A DNA stretch of 64,000 nucleotides from Octopus sinensis (GCF_006345805.1 NC_043020.1:26598001-26662000), one strand, 5' to 3'; counted from the first letter of the stretch, positions 37,684 through 49,905 are shown. Notes: generated by a model from the sequence alone, not told the origin. Made by a program: numbers and translations.

Positions 37684-38681
37684 CTCTTCATATTATTAGG
37701 TTGACACTCAAGGAATGATTAAAAATTATCAAATAAAAGCATGACATTTCGGACTTAGTTCTTTGCCAAATATTGGAAGAAAGTTCAGGAGAGAATGGGA
37801 AGAAAAGGAAACGGTGAGAGGAGATTAAAAGGACAGAATTTTCAGCATGTCAGACAAAGCACCTTGCAGTATCTATTGAGACTCCTTACATCTTGACTTC
37901 AGGATTCCAAAGGGGTCGGCTTTGCCTTTCTTTCATTCTTCCAGGAACGATAAAACCATGTTGTAGTGATTGTCTTGGGGTGGAATCTTCTTCCTACTTT
38001 TAGGAGTTGTGCATTTTAGGTACCGTTGAGTTTTAGGGTAAGAGGGCCAAATGAGTTGAGTAGGTGTTGGTATATCGGTATCTGGTTTATGATTACGTAG
38101 GGTCCAGATGGGGTCCAGATGTAGAATTAAGGGCTAACTACATGAGACTTCTAAGACATGGTCATTTGTAAGTGGTGGATGTGTTACCTTAGTTGCTATG
38201 GCATTGAGGTAGATCTGGCCACCCCCGTTTACAGGGACAAAACACAGATTTAATACACTGGATGATGATAATGATGATGTGGTCACACACATACACGCAT
38301 ATTTTTTAATTTTTTATTTCATCTAGTTTCAGCTCATGAGCTGTGGCCATGCTGGGGCACATATTTATGTATATATCCTATTTATGAAAGCTGAAAAATT
38401 TTTCACAAATCTTCAGCTTTAATAAATAGTATGTTGTTCTGCCTTTGGTATTTGAGTACTATTTTTTCCACCTTGTGCTTACTGTGTGTGTGTGTGTGTG
38501 TGTGTGTAATCTTGTTCCAGTCATCAGATTGCACCCATGCTGGGGTGAATGATCTGACCCCATTACATTTTAATTTTTTGTTTTTTTGAAGCCCCATACT
38601 TTTTTCTATCAATCTCTTGTTGCCAAACTGCTAAGTTACGGAGAGAGAGAGAGAAAGACTCATTCAACACATAAATTTCAC

Positions 38682-38719
<38 letters not shown>

Positions 38720-38949
38720 TTGCTGATTATATATATTACATATGTATGCGTGTACACGTGTGTGTGTGTTTGTGTATGTGTGTGTGTGTTTGTGTACATG
38801 TATGTATGTGTGTGTGTTTGTGTATATGTATGTATGTGTGTGTGTGTATATGTATATGCAAACAGTATGAACATCATAGAAAAATTCTGCGCATTTATTG
38901 GTGCTTTTCACATAGTGACACACACACACACAGTAACTAGCACATTTCC

Positions 38950-38983
<34 letters not shown>

Positions 38984-39462
38984 ATATTCATACACTATTG
39001 TCTACACACACATTCTCTATCTGGCCCCCCCTCCACACCTCACACATTTTCTTTTTTTTTTTGTTGTTGCTTTCCATAGATTTCACGCTTACCCTCACCT
39101 CCTCCCACCAACCCCCACTCCCACCTTCTAGTTTTATAGTAGTTGCAGTATAGATGGCGCTACCGGTGCTGATGTTGGCGTTGCTGTTGCTGCTGCTGCA
39201 CTTGCCGCTTGTCTTCCTCTGTTGTCTGCAGCAGCTTTATATGCAACCGCTGCTGCTGCTGTTACTACTACTTCTACTACTACAACTACTGAATGGGAGA
39301 AAATACTCTACATAGTCACTCGACTTCTCAGAAATAGCAGTCATAGCTACCTCAAATCACACCTGCTGTCTTAAGAAATCGAAGGACACTTTGATAATAT
39401 AGCTACAGCCTCACATATACACACAAATATGTAATATATATATGTATATATATGTGCTCATG

Positions 39463-39707
39463 GGCATATAGCGTAATGGTTAAGAGCGCGGGCTACTAAC
39501 CCCAAGATTCCGGGTTCGATTCCAGGTAGCGACCTGAATAATAATAATAATATTAATAATAACATTGAAAAATACATTAGGAATGAGAACCCAGGTTCAA
39601 AATATCCCCAGGACACCTGATGAAGGCTGGAGGGTATATCAGCCGAAACATGTTATTAACAAACAAGATGAGGACAAATATCTGTCAAATGTAAATAATG
39701 TAAACAA

Positions 39708-39710
<3 letters not shown>
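39463..39710 (+). mobile_element. tRNA-derived SINE family E with a hammerhead-ribozyme-like core in its 3' part
   Basis: A box TAGCGTAATGG 39469-39479, B box GGTTCGATTCC 39513-39523, (AAT)n linker, then CTGATGA-stem-GAAAC at 39617-39649; flanked by TA/TG microsatellites. Confidence 0.8.
39611..39660 (+). ncRNA. Candidate minimal type I hammerhead ribozyme (probably a decayed copy)
   Basis: CTGATGA + A + GGCTGG/TCAGCC 6-bp stem II + GAAAC + palindromic AACATGTT stem III + GTT triplet; stem I pairs poorly in this copy. Confidence 0.55.
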
Positions 39711-39742
<32 letters not shown>

Positions 39743-39880
39743 CATCATCATCGTTTAGCGTCTGTTTTCCATGCTAACATGGGTTGGACGGTTCTACTGG
39801 GGTCTGTGAAGCCAGAAGGCTTCATCAGGCCCAGTCAAATCTGGCAGTGTTTCTACGGCTGGATGCCCTTCCTAACGCCA
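39743..39880 (-). mobile_element. SINE family C 3' part
   Basis: CATCATCATCGTTTAGCGTCTG..CATGGGTTGGACGG..GGCTGGATGCCCTTCCTAACGCC. Confidence 0.85.
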
Positions 39881-40047
39881 TGCCCTTCCTACACACACAC
39901 ATACATATATATGTATATATATATATAGAGAGAGAGAGCATGTTCAATTCTGTGATACTGCTAGACATAGCAACCAAATCTCCATTGAATTAGATTTCAC
40001 TGATTTAAACAAGTGCACACACACAGGTGTGAATGTGTGCATATGTA

Positions 40048-40082
<35 letters not shown>

Positions 40083-40107
40083 GTGTGTGTGTATATATCA
40101 TATATAT

Positions 40108-40273
40108 AGGCGCAGGAGTGGGTGTGTGGTAAGTAGCTTGTTTACCAACCACATGGTTCCGGGTTCAGTCCCACTGTGTGGCACCTTGGACAAGTGTCTT
40201 CTACTATAGCCTCGGGCCGACCAAAGCCTTGTGAGTGGATTTGGTAGACGGAAACTGAAAGAAGCCCGTCGTA

Positions 40274-40304
<31 letters not shown>

Positions 40305-40520
40305 GCGTGTGTGTGTTTGTATGTCTGTGTTTGTCCCACAAGCATTGCTTGACAACCGATGCTGGTGTGTTTATGTCCCCGTTACTTAGCGGTTCGGCAA
40401 AAGAGACTGATAGAATAAGTACTGGGCTTACAAAAGAATAAGTCCCTGGGTCGAGTTGCTCGATTAAAGGTGGTGCTCCAGCATGGCCGCAGTCAAATGA
40501 CTGAAACAAGTAAAAGAGTA
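40108..40520 (+). mobile_element. SINE family B, full length (reference copy in this window)
   Basis: GGCGCAGGAGTGGGTGTGTGG head, GGGTTCAGTCCC B-box-like motif, internal (TA)n, GACTGAAACAAGTAAAAGAG tail. Confidence 0.92.
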
Positions 40521-40654
40521 TATATACACTTGTATATATGTATGTGTGTATAAATGTTGCAATTGTTTATTTTTAGAAAGGCATTGTAGGGCAGGTATGA
40601 AAGTCTGTATCTGGATTGCTTGAACATAAAAGGAATGGGTAGAATATTTGCTTT

Positions 40655-40815
40655 TGTACCTGTGGCAGCATTCACCCAGGGTAGGTTGAGCATGTTCATC
40701 ACGTCCCCCACAAATGCTGTCTACATCTGACAGTTGGCCACGGTTGAGGCTGTAATGAAATCCCATACCCGGTCCCACAGATGCAGGAGCCCCAAATGTG
40801 CTACCATGTCCTCTG
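40655..40815 (-). mobile_element. RTE-clade LINE 3'-terminal fragment
   Basis: GCAGCATTCACCCAGGGTAGGTTGAGC is shared with the 49.5-kb RTE end; minus strand reads LGLLHLWDRVW..ANCQM*TAFVGD. Confidence 0.6.
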
Positions 40816-40853
40816 AACAAATAGTGTATTTATTTATAGTGAATGTGGCCGGT

Positions 40854-41083
40854 TTAACCCTTTCATTACCAGCCTGGGTAAAACCAGCTCTGGCTCTGTA
40901 GTACAGATGTCTTCTTTTCATAAGTTTTGAATTAAAATCTTTCGCCAAACTTTAGTCACAATTTATGTTCCTAACACCAGCTTAATGATAACTAAGTTAT
41001 TTTACTAAATTCTTTGTTATATTCATAATTAATTGAAAGAAACACAGAGTATCTCAAAATAAATATAGTAACGAAAGGGTTAA
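40854..41083. mobile_element. piggyBac-like MITE family 1, complete
   Basis: TTAA-CCCTTTCATTAC...GTAACGAAAGGG-TTAA. Confidence 0.9.
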
Positions 41084-41236
41084 ATGCTAAGTTAAGTTGG
41101 AGTTTGGAACGTAAATGAAGATAAAGGGAGTTTTACCAAAAGAGTTAATAAATGTTTAATGTAAGATTTTAAATTAGCTTTGAAGCAGATTGTGTACCAT
41201 AGAACCAAGAGAAATGGCATCAAAAGAGTTGATCTC

Positions 41237-41587
41237 TATCCCATAGACATTGGCATGACTGTGTGGTAGGTTCAGTCCCACTGTGTGGCACTTTGGACAA
41301 GTGTCTCTACTATAGCCCCAGGCAGGCAAAAGCCTTGAGTCGAATTGGTTTACAGAAACTGAAATAAACCTATCATATGTGTGTGTGTATATATATATAT
41401 ATATGTGACCTCGTGTGTACCGTTGGCGATTTTTTTTCCTCTGACTTCCCTTCTCGGGATCATTCCTTCTCCTATGTTTCCGACGAAACGTAAAACCCTC
41501 CTTCTTTCCTGAGCGTCCAATAATACTATATTTTTTTCTACGTCCTCGCGTTGTTGTGTTATTTTGGGTTTTCTTGTTTGGATTAAC

Positions 41588-41619
<32 letters not shown>

Positions 41620-41830
41620 ATATATGTCTGTGTTTGTCCCTCGTCACTGCTTGACAACCAGTGTTGGTGTGTTTATGTCCCTGTAACCTAGCAGTTTGGC
41701 AAAAGTGACCGACAGAATTAGTACCAGGCATGAAATAAAAATAAAGGCCGGCATTGATCCATTCAAATAAAAATCCTTCAGAGCAGTGCCCCAGCATGGC
41801 TGCAGTCTAATAACTGAAACAAGGAAAAGA
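41237..41830 (+). mobile_element. SINE family B with a ~185-bp insert (41404-41588) in its internal (TA)n
   Basis: Family B head and tail flank an unrelated sequence that recurs on the minus strand at 63167-63252. Confidence 0.8.
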
Positions 41831-42368
41831 CAAAAGCTACAGACACAAAAAAAAAGGGGAGCCCTTGTATTCTAAAACAGCATGGATATTTTAACGACAG
41901 CTGGTAAAGATGGGGTGGGGTCTGTAATACTGAATGAGGACCCACACTAGGTCTCCTCAGCTGGTGCTGGCTGAGCCTCAGACTTCCAACAGGCAGGGTC
42001 ATCATGCCCTGAAGTAGTCAATGGTCTCTAACTCCTACCTACACACACATTTCATATTCATATACCTTACTATGACAAAGTAACAGTCATTGCTTTTTTA
42101 TGAATGCATAAGCACACAGATGCACACATCTTTTTATGTGCGTGTTGTTGTTGTTCAAATAGAATATTTACACGATACATTTGTATTGAGTGCTTCATCA
42201 GGTTTTTTTTTGTTTTTTTGGCTGTTGCCTTTTTAAATGTGTATTAGATACTTTAAGCCTACACACTGTTGTTATTTTATGTTATTGGATGCAGTGTCAT
42301 AAACATACACTAATTCACACACGCCTACATACACACTTTTTACACACACACACACACACAGACCTATA

Positions 42369-42399
<31 letters not shown>

Positions 42400-42464
42400 G
42401 CATATGTACACATGTGTATATGTGTATGTATGTATGTATATATGTATATGTACACATGTGTATA

Positions 42465-42495
<31 letters not shown>

Positions 42496-42569
42496 GCACA
42501 TGCACAGTTATATACACACACATATATATATATATACACACATATATATGTGCATGTATAAATACACAC

Positions 42570-42607
<38 letters not shown>

Positions 42608-42913
42608 ACATACACACACACACATACACACACTTTTATAAATATACACTTGCACACACTCATACATACACACAGACGTCTGTATATATGTATACACACT
42701 CATACATACACACACACATCTGTATATGTATACACGCACATATACAGACACACATGCATACATATACACACACCTACATACGCACACTTGGATACACTTC
42801 ACTCAGTCAGACTGCTGTCGATGCAAGTCAACTCTCATCTTGCTTTTAAAATCTATAAATTCCGGAACACCATTCAGTGTTACCAAGCATTGATCTCTCT
42901 CATTCACTGTGTA

Positions 42914-42956
<43 letters not shown>

Positions 42957-43914
42957 GAAAATATTAATATGTGTTTATATAATATGTATGTATATATTTA
43001 TCAGTCCATTAGCAAGCTGGCTTATATCTTGTTTCTCGGCTAGTGTGTGTCTATGTGTGTGAACCTACTGTAAATGTCTCTCTATATTATCATCTCAAAC
43101 ATGTGCACCCACACACATATTTGTTCACATACATAGATGCATGTATACACATGTACACATGCACACACACAGTCTCTCTCCGCTGTGCATAGTGTATTTA
43201 CTTTAATCAATCCTGTTGTTGATACGAGCTAATGTTTTATTGTAAAACAGTTTGGTGCTATTGTAATTGCGTTTGTGCTTTTATGTGTCCCTCTGTGTGT
43301 AAGTGTCCATGTGTGTATTTGTGTGGGGCATGCTTGTGTGAGTGTGTTCATACAGATATGTGTGTGTGTGTATATATATAGTGTATACATCTCTCTTTGT
43401 GCACACGTGTGTGTCTGTATTTGTCAATGTGTGGGTGTATTTGTATGTGTGTATCAATGTTTGGTGTATTTATGTAATCCCTGTGTGTGTGTGTGTGTGT
43501 GTGCTTGTTTGTGTGTGTGTTTCAATGCACTTGGTTTTAATTTATATAGGTCTTATACATACACACACAGAAACACACACATTAGCTACACACACACACT
43601 CACATACGCGACCACTTTCTTTCTCCACATGCATAAACATTCCCTTTCTTCCACACACACACACACACACTTTCTCTCTCTCTCTCCACACACACATATT
43701 CCTTCTCTTTCGCTCTGTCTCCACACACACACACACACACACTCATGCGTACAAACAAATAGTGCATAAAATATGGCTACATATTTATACATCTTTGTAT
43801 TGACATAAGGACATCGTTGTGTTTCCAGTCTGCCTCAAAACATGTCTGGCCTTGGATTCTGGCCAAGAATATTATTTCCCTTTTGTGATTATGGGGGCGG
43901 GGGGCTAGGTGGGG

Positions 43915-44225
43915 GGTGGATTCGCAAGTGTCTTCTACTCTGTCCCCGGACCAACCAAAGCTTTGTGAGTGGATTTGATAGACGGAAACTGAAAGAAGCC
44001 CATCATGTGTATGTGTGTGTGTCTAGGGACAACTGCTTGACAACTGCTGTTGGTGTATTTACATCCCTGTAACTTAGTGGTTCAGCAAAAGACACTGATA
44101 GAATTGGTAGTAGGATGAAAGAAGAGATAGAGAAGTACTGGGGTTGATCCATTTGACTAAAAAATTCTTCAACGTGGTGCCCCAGCATGGCCACAGCCTA
44201 ATCACTGAAACAAAGTAAACGATAA
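43915..44225 (+). mobile_element. SINE family B, 5'-truncated
   Basis: CAAGTGTCTTCTACT..GGAAACTGAAAGAAGCCC..CTGAAACAAAGTAAA. Confidence 0.8.
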
Positions 44226-45089
44226 AAGATATACATACATACACACAGACATGCATATATATATATATGTATGTATATATATATGTATATATATATATTC
44301 GTTCTTCACTCGTTTATTGCTGTTCTTATTCTAACTCATGTCCATTGTCAGGAAATCTTTTGTCACACCTCTGTGACCTCCTCAGTAACACTTTTCATCT
44401 TTGTGTGTGCTCTTGCTTTGCTTATTCCATTTTGTCGTGTCTGTATGTACGTGTTTGTATATATATATAAGCACACACTGACACCTGCATACGTATGCAC
44501 ACTCTTGTTTGTTTGTTTGTTTGTTTGTTTATGCCATTGAATAAATATTTGCAGTAAAAGGGGAATCGATGGCTGTGTGTGTGTGCATAGATGTATATAT
44601 GCATGTGTGTGTTCCTGTTGCTGTTCATTGATGTTTATCAATTTCTTCTCCAACCCACTCCATTTGTGTGTGTGCACCTAATCATTGATCATGTCTCTCT
44701 TTGTCTCTTTCTCTTTGTTTCATGTGCACACTCAAACACTTGCTGTTTCTTTCTCTCTCTCTCTCTCTTTTATGCTCTAACTGTCTGTCTGTCTCTCTGC
44801 CTTTCTCTGTCTATCTCTCTACCTCTATCCCCCCTCCTTCTCTCTCTCACTCACTCTCTCTGATTGTCTCTCTTCTTATCAGTCTCTCTCTCTCCCACAC
44901 ATAAACAGTCTATCTCTTTCTCTCTGTTTCTCCTTGTCTACTAGTCTCTCTGTTCCTAATCCCCCTCTCTCTCCCTCCCTCTTTTCTTCACCCAATTTCT
45001 CTCTCCCTCCTTCCCTCTTCACCCAATTTCTCTCTCTCTTTCTCTTTCTTTCCCTCCCTCCCTCTTTTCTTCACCCAATTCTCTCTCTC

Positions 45090-45168
<79 letters not shown>

Positions 45169-45857
45169 AGCAAGCTTGCATTCAACATCTAAAACCCTAA
45201 TGATGCAGATTAGTCTCAAAGAATAACGAAGAATATACAGAAATGGGGTGAGTGGGTGGGGTGGGGTAGAATAAGGAGGCAGAGTACAAGAATGACGAAG
45301 AAGTAAGGGGTGGGGAGGTTACTCATGAGCATCAAAATGTAGAGAAGAGAGAAAGAGAGAGCGAGAGAGAGAATGGTGAAAGAGACTACACTGAGATTAG
45401 AAACAAATACCTATCAATCAATCAATCAGTCAATCAATCAATCAATCAATCAATCGGTTGATCAATAAAGAAGCCGTCGTCTTTTGCAAAAGTTACCTGG
45501 CTGTCATTCACGTCAATCATTTGTCATCAGCCAGATTCCATGAAATGTAGGTTTTTGTGAGGTGGGGGTGGGGGATGGAATGGTGGGGGGAAACGGCAGA
45601 GGATGAGGAATTTTTGAATCTTTTCGGAGATATTTCTTTTGTGTTAAAAGCAGTCGGATCCGGTGCCGTGGTTGATTAACGGATTGTGGTAGGTGGGTGG
45701 GGGGAGGGAGAAGGTGTAGGGAGGGGAGAGGCATGAAGGGAAGATTGGTGGTGGTGGTGGTGGTGGAGAATTGATGTGATTATGTTTTTTTTTTTATTTT
45801 TTTTTGCTTTTAATATTGATCTTTACAAGAAGGAAAATAAAATGGAATTTAGTAAAA

Positions 45858-46640
45858 TAACCCCAGGTCAGTCCTGATCCAGTAGCTCCTATGATCAAAG
45901 ACATTCCAGCTGTGACCATCCCACCTTCCATTCACACACAGTGTATCTTGAATTACATTGTTCTTATGTTTAATTCAAGGTCAATCTTGAGTTAAACATA
46001 AAAATTAGTAGACCTATGATCAAAGACATTCCAGCTGTGACCATCCTGCCTGCCGCTTGCACACAGACTATCTGGGATTACATTATTTTTATGTTTAATT
46101 CAAGGTCAATCTTGAGTTAAACATAAAAATTAGTAGACCTATGATCAAAGACATTTCGGCTGTGACCATCCCACCTTCCATTCACACACAGTGTATCTGG
46201 GATTACATTGTTTTTATGTAGTTTAACCCAAGGTCAATTTTTATCCAGTAGATCTTGTAGCCATTGTATATCTCGGATTATCTTATTTTTGTATAGTTTA
46301 ACCCAAGGTCAATCTTGCTCCTGTAGACCTGTGATCAAATATGCTCCAGGTGTGACCATCCAGCCTTCCATTCACACACAGTATATCTGGGATTATATTA
46401 ATTTTATGTTGTTTAGCCCAAGGTCAATCTTGGTCTAGTAGATCTATGATCAAAGACATTCCAGCTGTAACCATCCTGTTTTCTATTCAGGCTTACACAT
46501 GAGTATGTGTCACATACTATCATCTTTAAAAAAAATACTAAAATAGAAAAGCACATTGGATAGGGACAGTCACAGTTGGAAAGGCTTTGGTTATAGGTTG
46601 GCTTTATCGTGACCTGAGATCAAATCATCCCAGAATGACA
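45858..46640. mobile_element. Foldback MITE family 3 with a tandemly amplified left arm (about 5 units)
   Basis: (A/G)TGATCAAA..CAGCTGTGACCATCC anchors at 45891, 46016, 46141, 46331 and 46446; inverted arm GGGACAGTCACAGTTGGAAAGGCTTTGG..TGACCTGAG at 46564-46620. Confidence 0.75.
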
Positions 46641-46913
46641 ATAGTTATTTTGATTGTTTTTGTAAAACACTAAGGTACCTGTTGATTGGTTATATATATA
46701 TCTTTATGCGTTTGTGTGCAGGTATCTTTCTATATGTGAGTATAAAGACATGTAAGCACATCGGTGCCAAACAAGGTGGAGAAAATAGTACTCGACTACC
46801 AAAGGCAGAGCTGTATGCTGTTTTATTAAAGCCCAATATAACTTTACAAAACTATTAGGCAGAGTTTCATGTGACTGCTCATCAGACAATTGTGAGTTTG
46901 TGTATCTGTGGTG

Positions 46914-46947
<34 letters not shown>

Positions 46948-47219
46948 ACATGTTTATGTGTATATTTGTATGTGTAAGAAGCGTGCATGCATGTATTTGT
47001 GCATGTACATCTATATGTGGATCTGCGGTGTGCGTATTTGCATGTGTATGTGTATGAAGGGGGTTGAGAGGAGGGGGGGTGGCGCAAAAAATTGCAAGAA
47101 ATTAAGAATATGAATTTTTTTAATGTTTCTTCACTTTTTTTTTATTATAGTTTTTATTGATTTGTTTTTCTGCCTCCACGCCCCCCCTCTTCCCCCTCCT
47201 CCAACCCGTTACATCGAAT

Positions 47220-48790
47220 CGCTAGCTTGCATATGCATCGTGCTCATGTGCATTCATCTGTGCTTGAGTGCATTCACATAGGAAAGCAGATGTACACACT
47301 ACACACACACACATGCATGTACACACATACACACACACACACACGCATATGCACAGACTGCGCAGTGTGTACGCAAATAGTTTAATGCTCATGCTGTCAA
47401 ATATACTAAAATGCACATGATTGCACACTGCACTGTGCATACAGATGCACAGGCATGCGCCGAACTATCTCACATTCATGGGGTCGCATATATAAATGCA
47501 TACATGCATACGCATACAATCATGTTGATGGGATCACATACATAGAAATAAATCCACACATGCACATGCTATCATATGCGCATTTATAGTGGTACTGCAC
47601 TATATTCTGCTGTCACACATGCGTGCACATACACACACATACACACGCACACACATGCAGTATCATACTCAAATTGTTGGAATTACACGTAGTAGTACAT
47701 CACTATACTCTACAATCATGCACACATACATACGCACATGTGCACGTATACACATGCATATTGGGACACAAACGCACATTGAGAAGTGTTCTCTTTGGTT
47801 TTGCACACACACACACACACACATGCTTTTTTGAATGTATGCACTAAAACGACCATGGTCCACACACATACACACACGTACATATCTTTATACACACTCA
47901 TACTCATGTCTTCACATATACACACAACATTGCATATACAGATCCATGTCTTTCCATACACACCTTTTACACAAAACGCATGTTTACACACACACACACA
48001 TGTTTACTCATTAATGCACCTCAGCACATATACATGCACACATACACGCACATCTTCACATTTGTATATACATATATGTCGCTATGCACTCTTATGCACA
48101 CATCTTTATATACATGTATACACCTTTACATATATTCATGCACACACATATATCTTTACAAACACACACATCTTTACACACACACACATCTTTACACACA
48201 CACACATCTTTACACACCACACACACACATCTTTACACACACCACACCCTTTACACACACACACACATCTTTACACACACACACACATATCACATTGATG
48301 CTATCCTGTATTATTCTCACACACAAAGCCATATACGGAAACATGCATGCACACACATGCATAGGAGTCCACATGTGCATGTGCACATCTTCCCACCATG
48401 GGATATATGCACATACACAAATCCCATGCATAAACGTGCTAGCAGATACTGCACGTGCACACACACACACACACACACATCCATATTCCTGCCCTCATGT
48501 ATTATTCCCACATGCATGGTTGACCGAACGGACATGCATGCGCACAGGGACACGACACACATGCACACATCTCCATGTGTTCTCAATACTATGCTCATCT
48601 GCTCACATATAACCCGATCCATGCAGACACATCAGGGCATATACATGCACAGATCCATGTTCGTCCTCTTACGTATTACTCTCACACATGTACTCGGATA
48701 TAATCCTGCACATGGGAACATAACAGTGCATTCACACACGCACATTCGTATTCGCTCTGTGCATTCTCATCCATGTTTTCGTTTGATGAA
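47220..48790. repeat. ~1.6-kb decayed (CA/TG) alternating purine-pyrimidine tract, including an ACATCTTTACAC minisatellite at 48160-48290
   Basis: Direct reading. Confidence 0.85.
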
Positions 48791-48807
48791 TGAGGTGCTG
48801 TGTCTAT

Positions 48808-49478
48808 TAAGAATTTGACATAGAAAACCATGTACTAAGAATTTGATGTATTAAATTCTTTCTGTTGTAATTCGATGGGTGAAGCTGTATCGGAAGAATA
48901 ATTTCGGTTAAAATTATAGCTGAAGAAGTTTGGGAGTAAAAATGTATTTAAAGTCGCATTTGAAGAATTTTTGATGTATAGTATTGTCTGAAGAATACGG
49001 CGTGCGGTGCTGCATCTGGAGGAATTCAGCATTTTAAGTTGCATCTCGAAAATTTGATTGATGTCATTGTATGCGAAGAATTTGGTGTGTTGCGTGTGAA
49101 GAATTAAGTGGTCTGTATCATAGGAATTCAGCATGTTGTATCTGAAGAATTTGATATTAAGTTGTATCTGAAGAATTTGCTGTTAAATTGTGTCTGTGGA
49201 ATTTGGTGAGTTGTGTTTGGAGAATTTAGCGCATTAAGTTGTATTTGTGCATATTTGCTTGTTCAATTGTAAAAGTGGAATTTTGTGTGATTAAGTTCTA
49301 ACCGGAATTTCAGTTTCTTAATTTGTATCTGGAGAATATGATTTGTTGTATCTGAGGAATTTGATGTGTTGTACTATATCTGAATAACATTACATGTCTG
49401 AGAAATATTTTTGGTAACATTTTCTTTAAAACTATGTAAAACATTATACTCAAGGATATTGTATATAAAGAATTTGTA
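48808..49478. repeat. Ancient degenerate ~25-35 bp minisatellite, core TGTATCTGAAGAATTT
   Basis: About 20 recurrences of (G/A)AGAATT-like cores at roughly 30-bp intervals. Confidence 0.7.
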
Positions 49479-49508
49479 ATTTCTACTGGCTATGGGCTTC
49501 ATTATTGC

Positions 49509-49905
49509 CTTGGCTTGACTTGACTTGAGCAGCATTCACCCGGGGTGGGTTGAGCTGGCTTCATTCATTCTCAATGCTGCATCTTTCACAAACGCCGACC
49601 AGACCTGGCGATTTGAGGCTAATGACCGCGTGATCTCCAACCACTCCCTGTTCCAGCGGTGAACGCCGTAGACATGGGGGCCTAGGTTGGGTTCCAGATC
49701 AGCCTTGACTGTCATCAGCCAGGTTTTTTGTTGTCCACTACATCGCTTTCGCCAATCCTAAAGGGGAGTTGGGGCAATTGCTTCGTAGATGAATTCTCCT
49801 GGTTGACGATGGAGGGCATGACCCAGCCAACGCAGACGTCTCATTAGGATGGCAGTCTTTGATGCTTCTTAGTGGTTCAGTCATGTTTCCCTCATGGGAG
49901 AATAA
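49509..49905 (-). mobile_element. RTE-clade LINE 3' end with a (CAAGT)n tail
   Basis: Minus strand reads ILMRRLRWLGHALHRQPGEFIYEAIAPTPL*DWRKRCSGQQKTWLMTVKADLEPNLGPHVYGVHRWNREWLEITRSLASNRQVWSAFVKD; CAAGTCAAGTCAAGCCAAG tail. Confidence 0.88.

Noticed and set aside
39151-39160. TAGATGGCGC CTCF-like motif
   Set aside because: Only the 3' half of the CTCF consensus is present; a single partial hit.
39463-39534. Functional tRNA gene
   Set aside because: The acceptor stem does not pair, the T stem has a mismatch, the loop would give an ACT anticodon, and the sequence runs into a SINE body.
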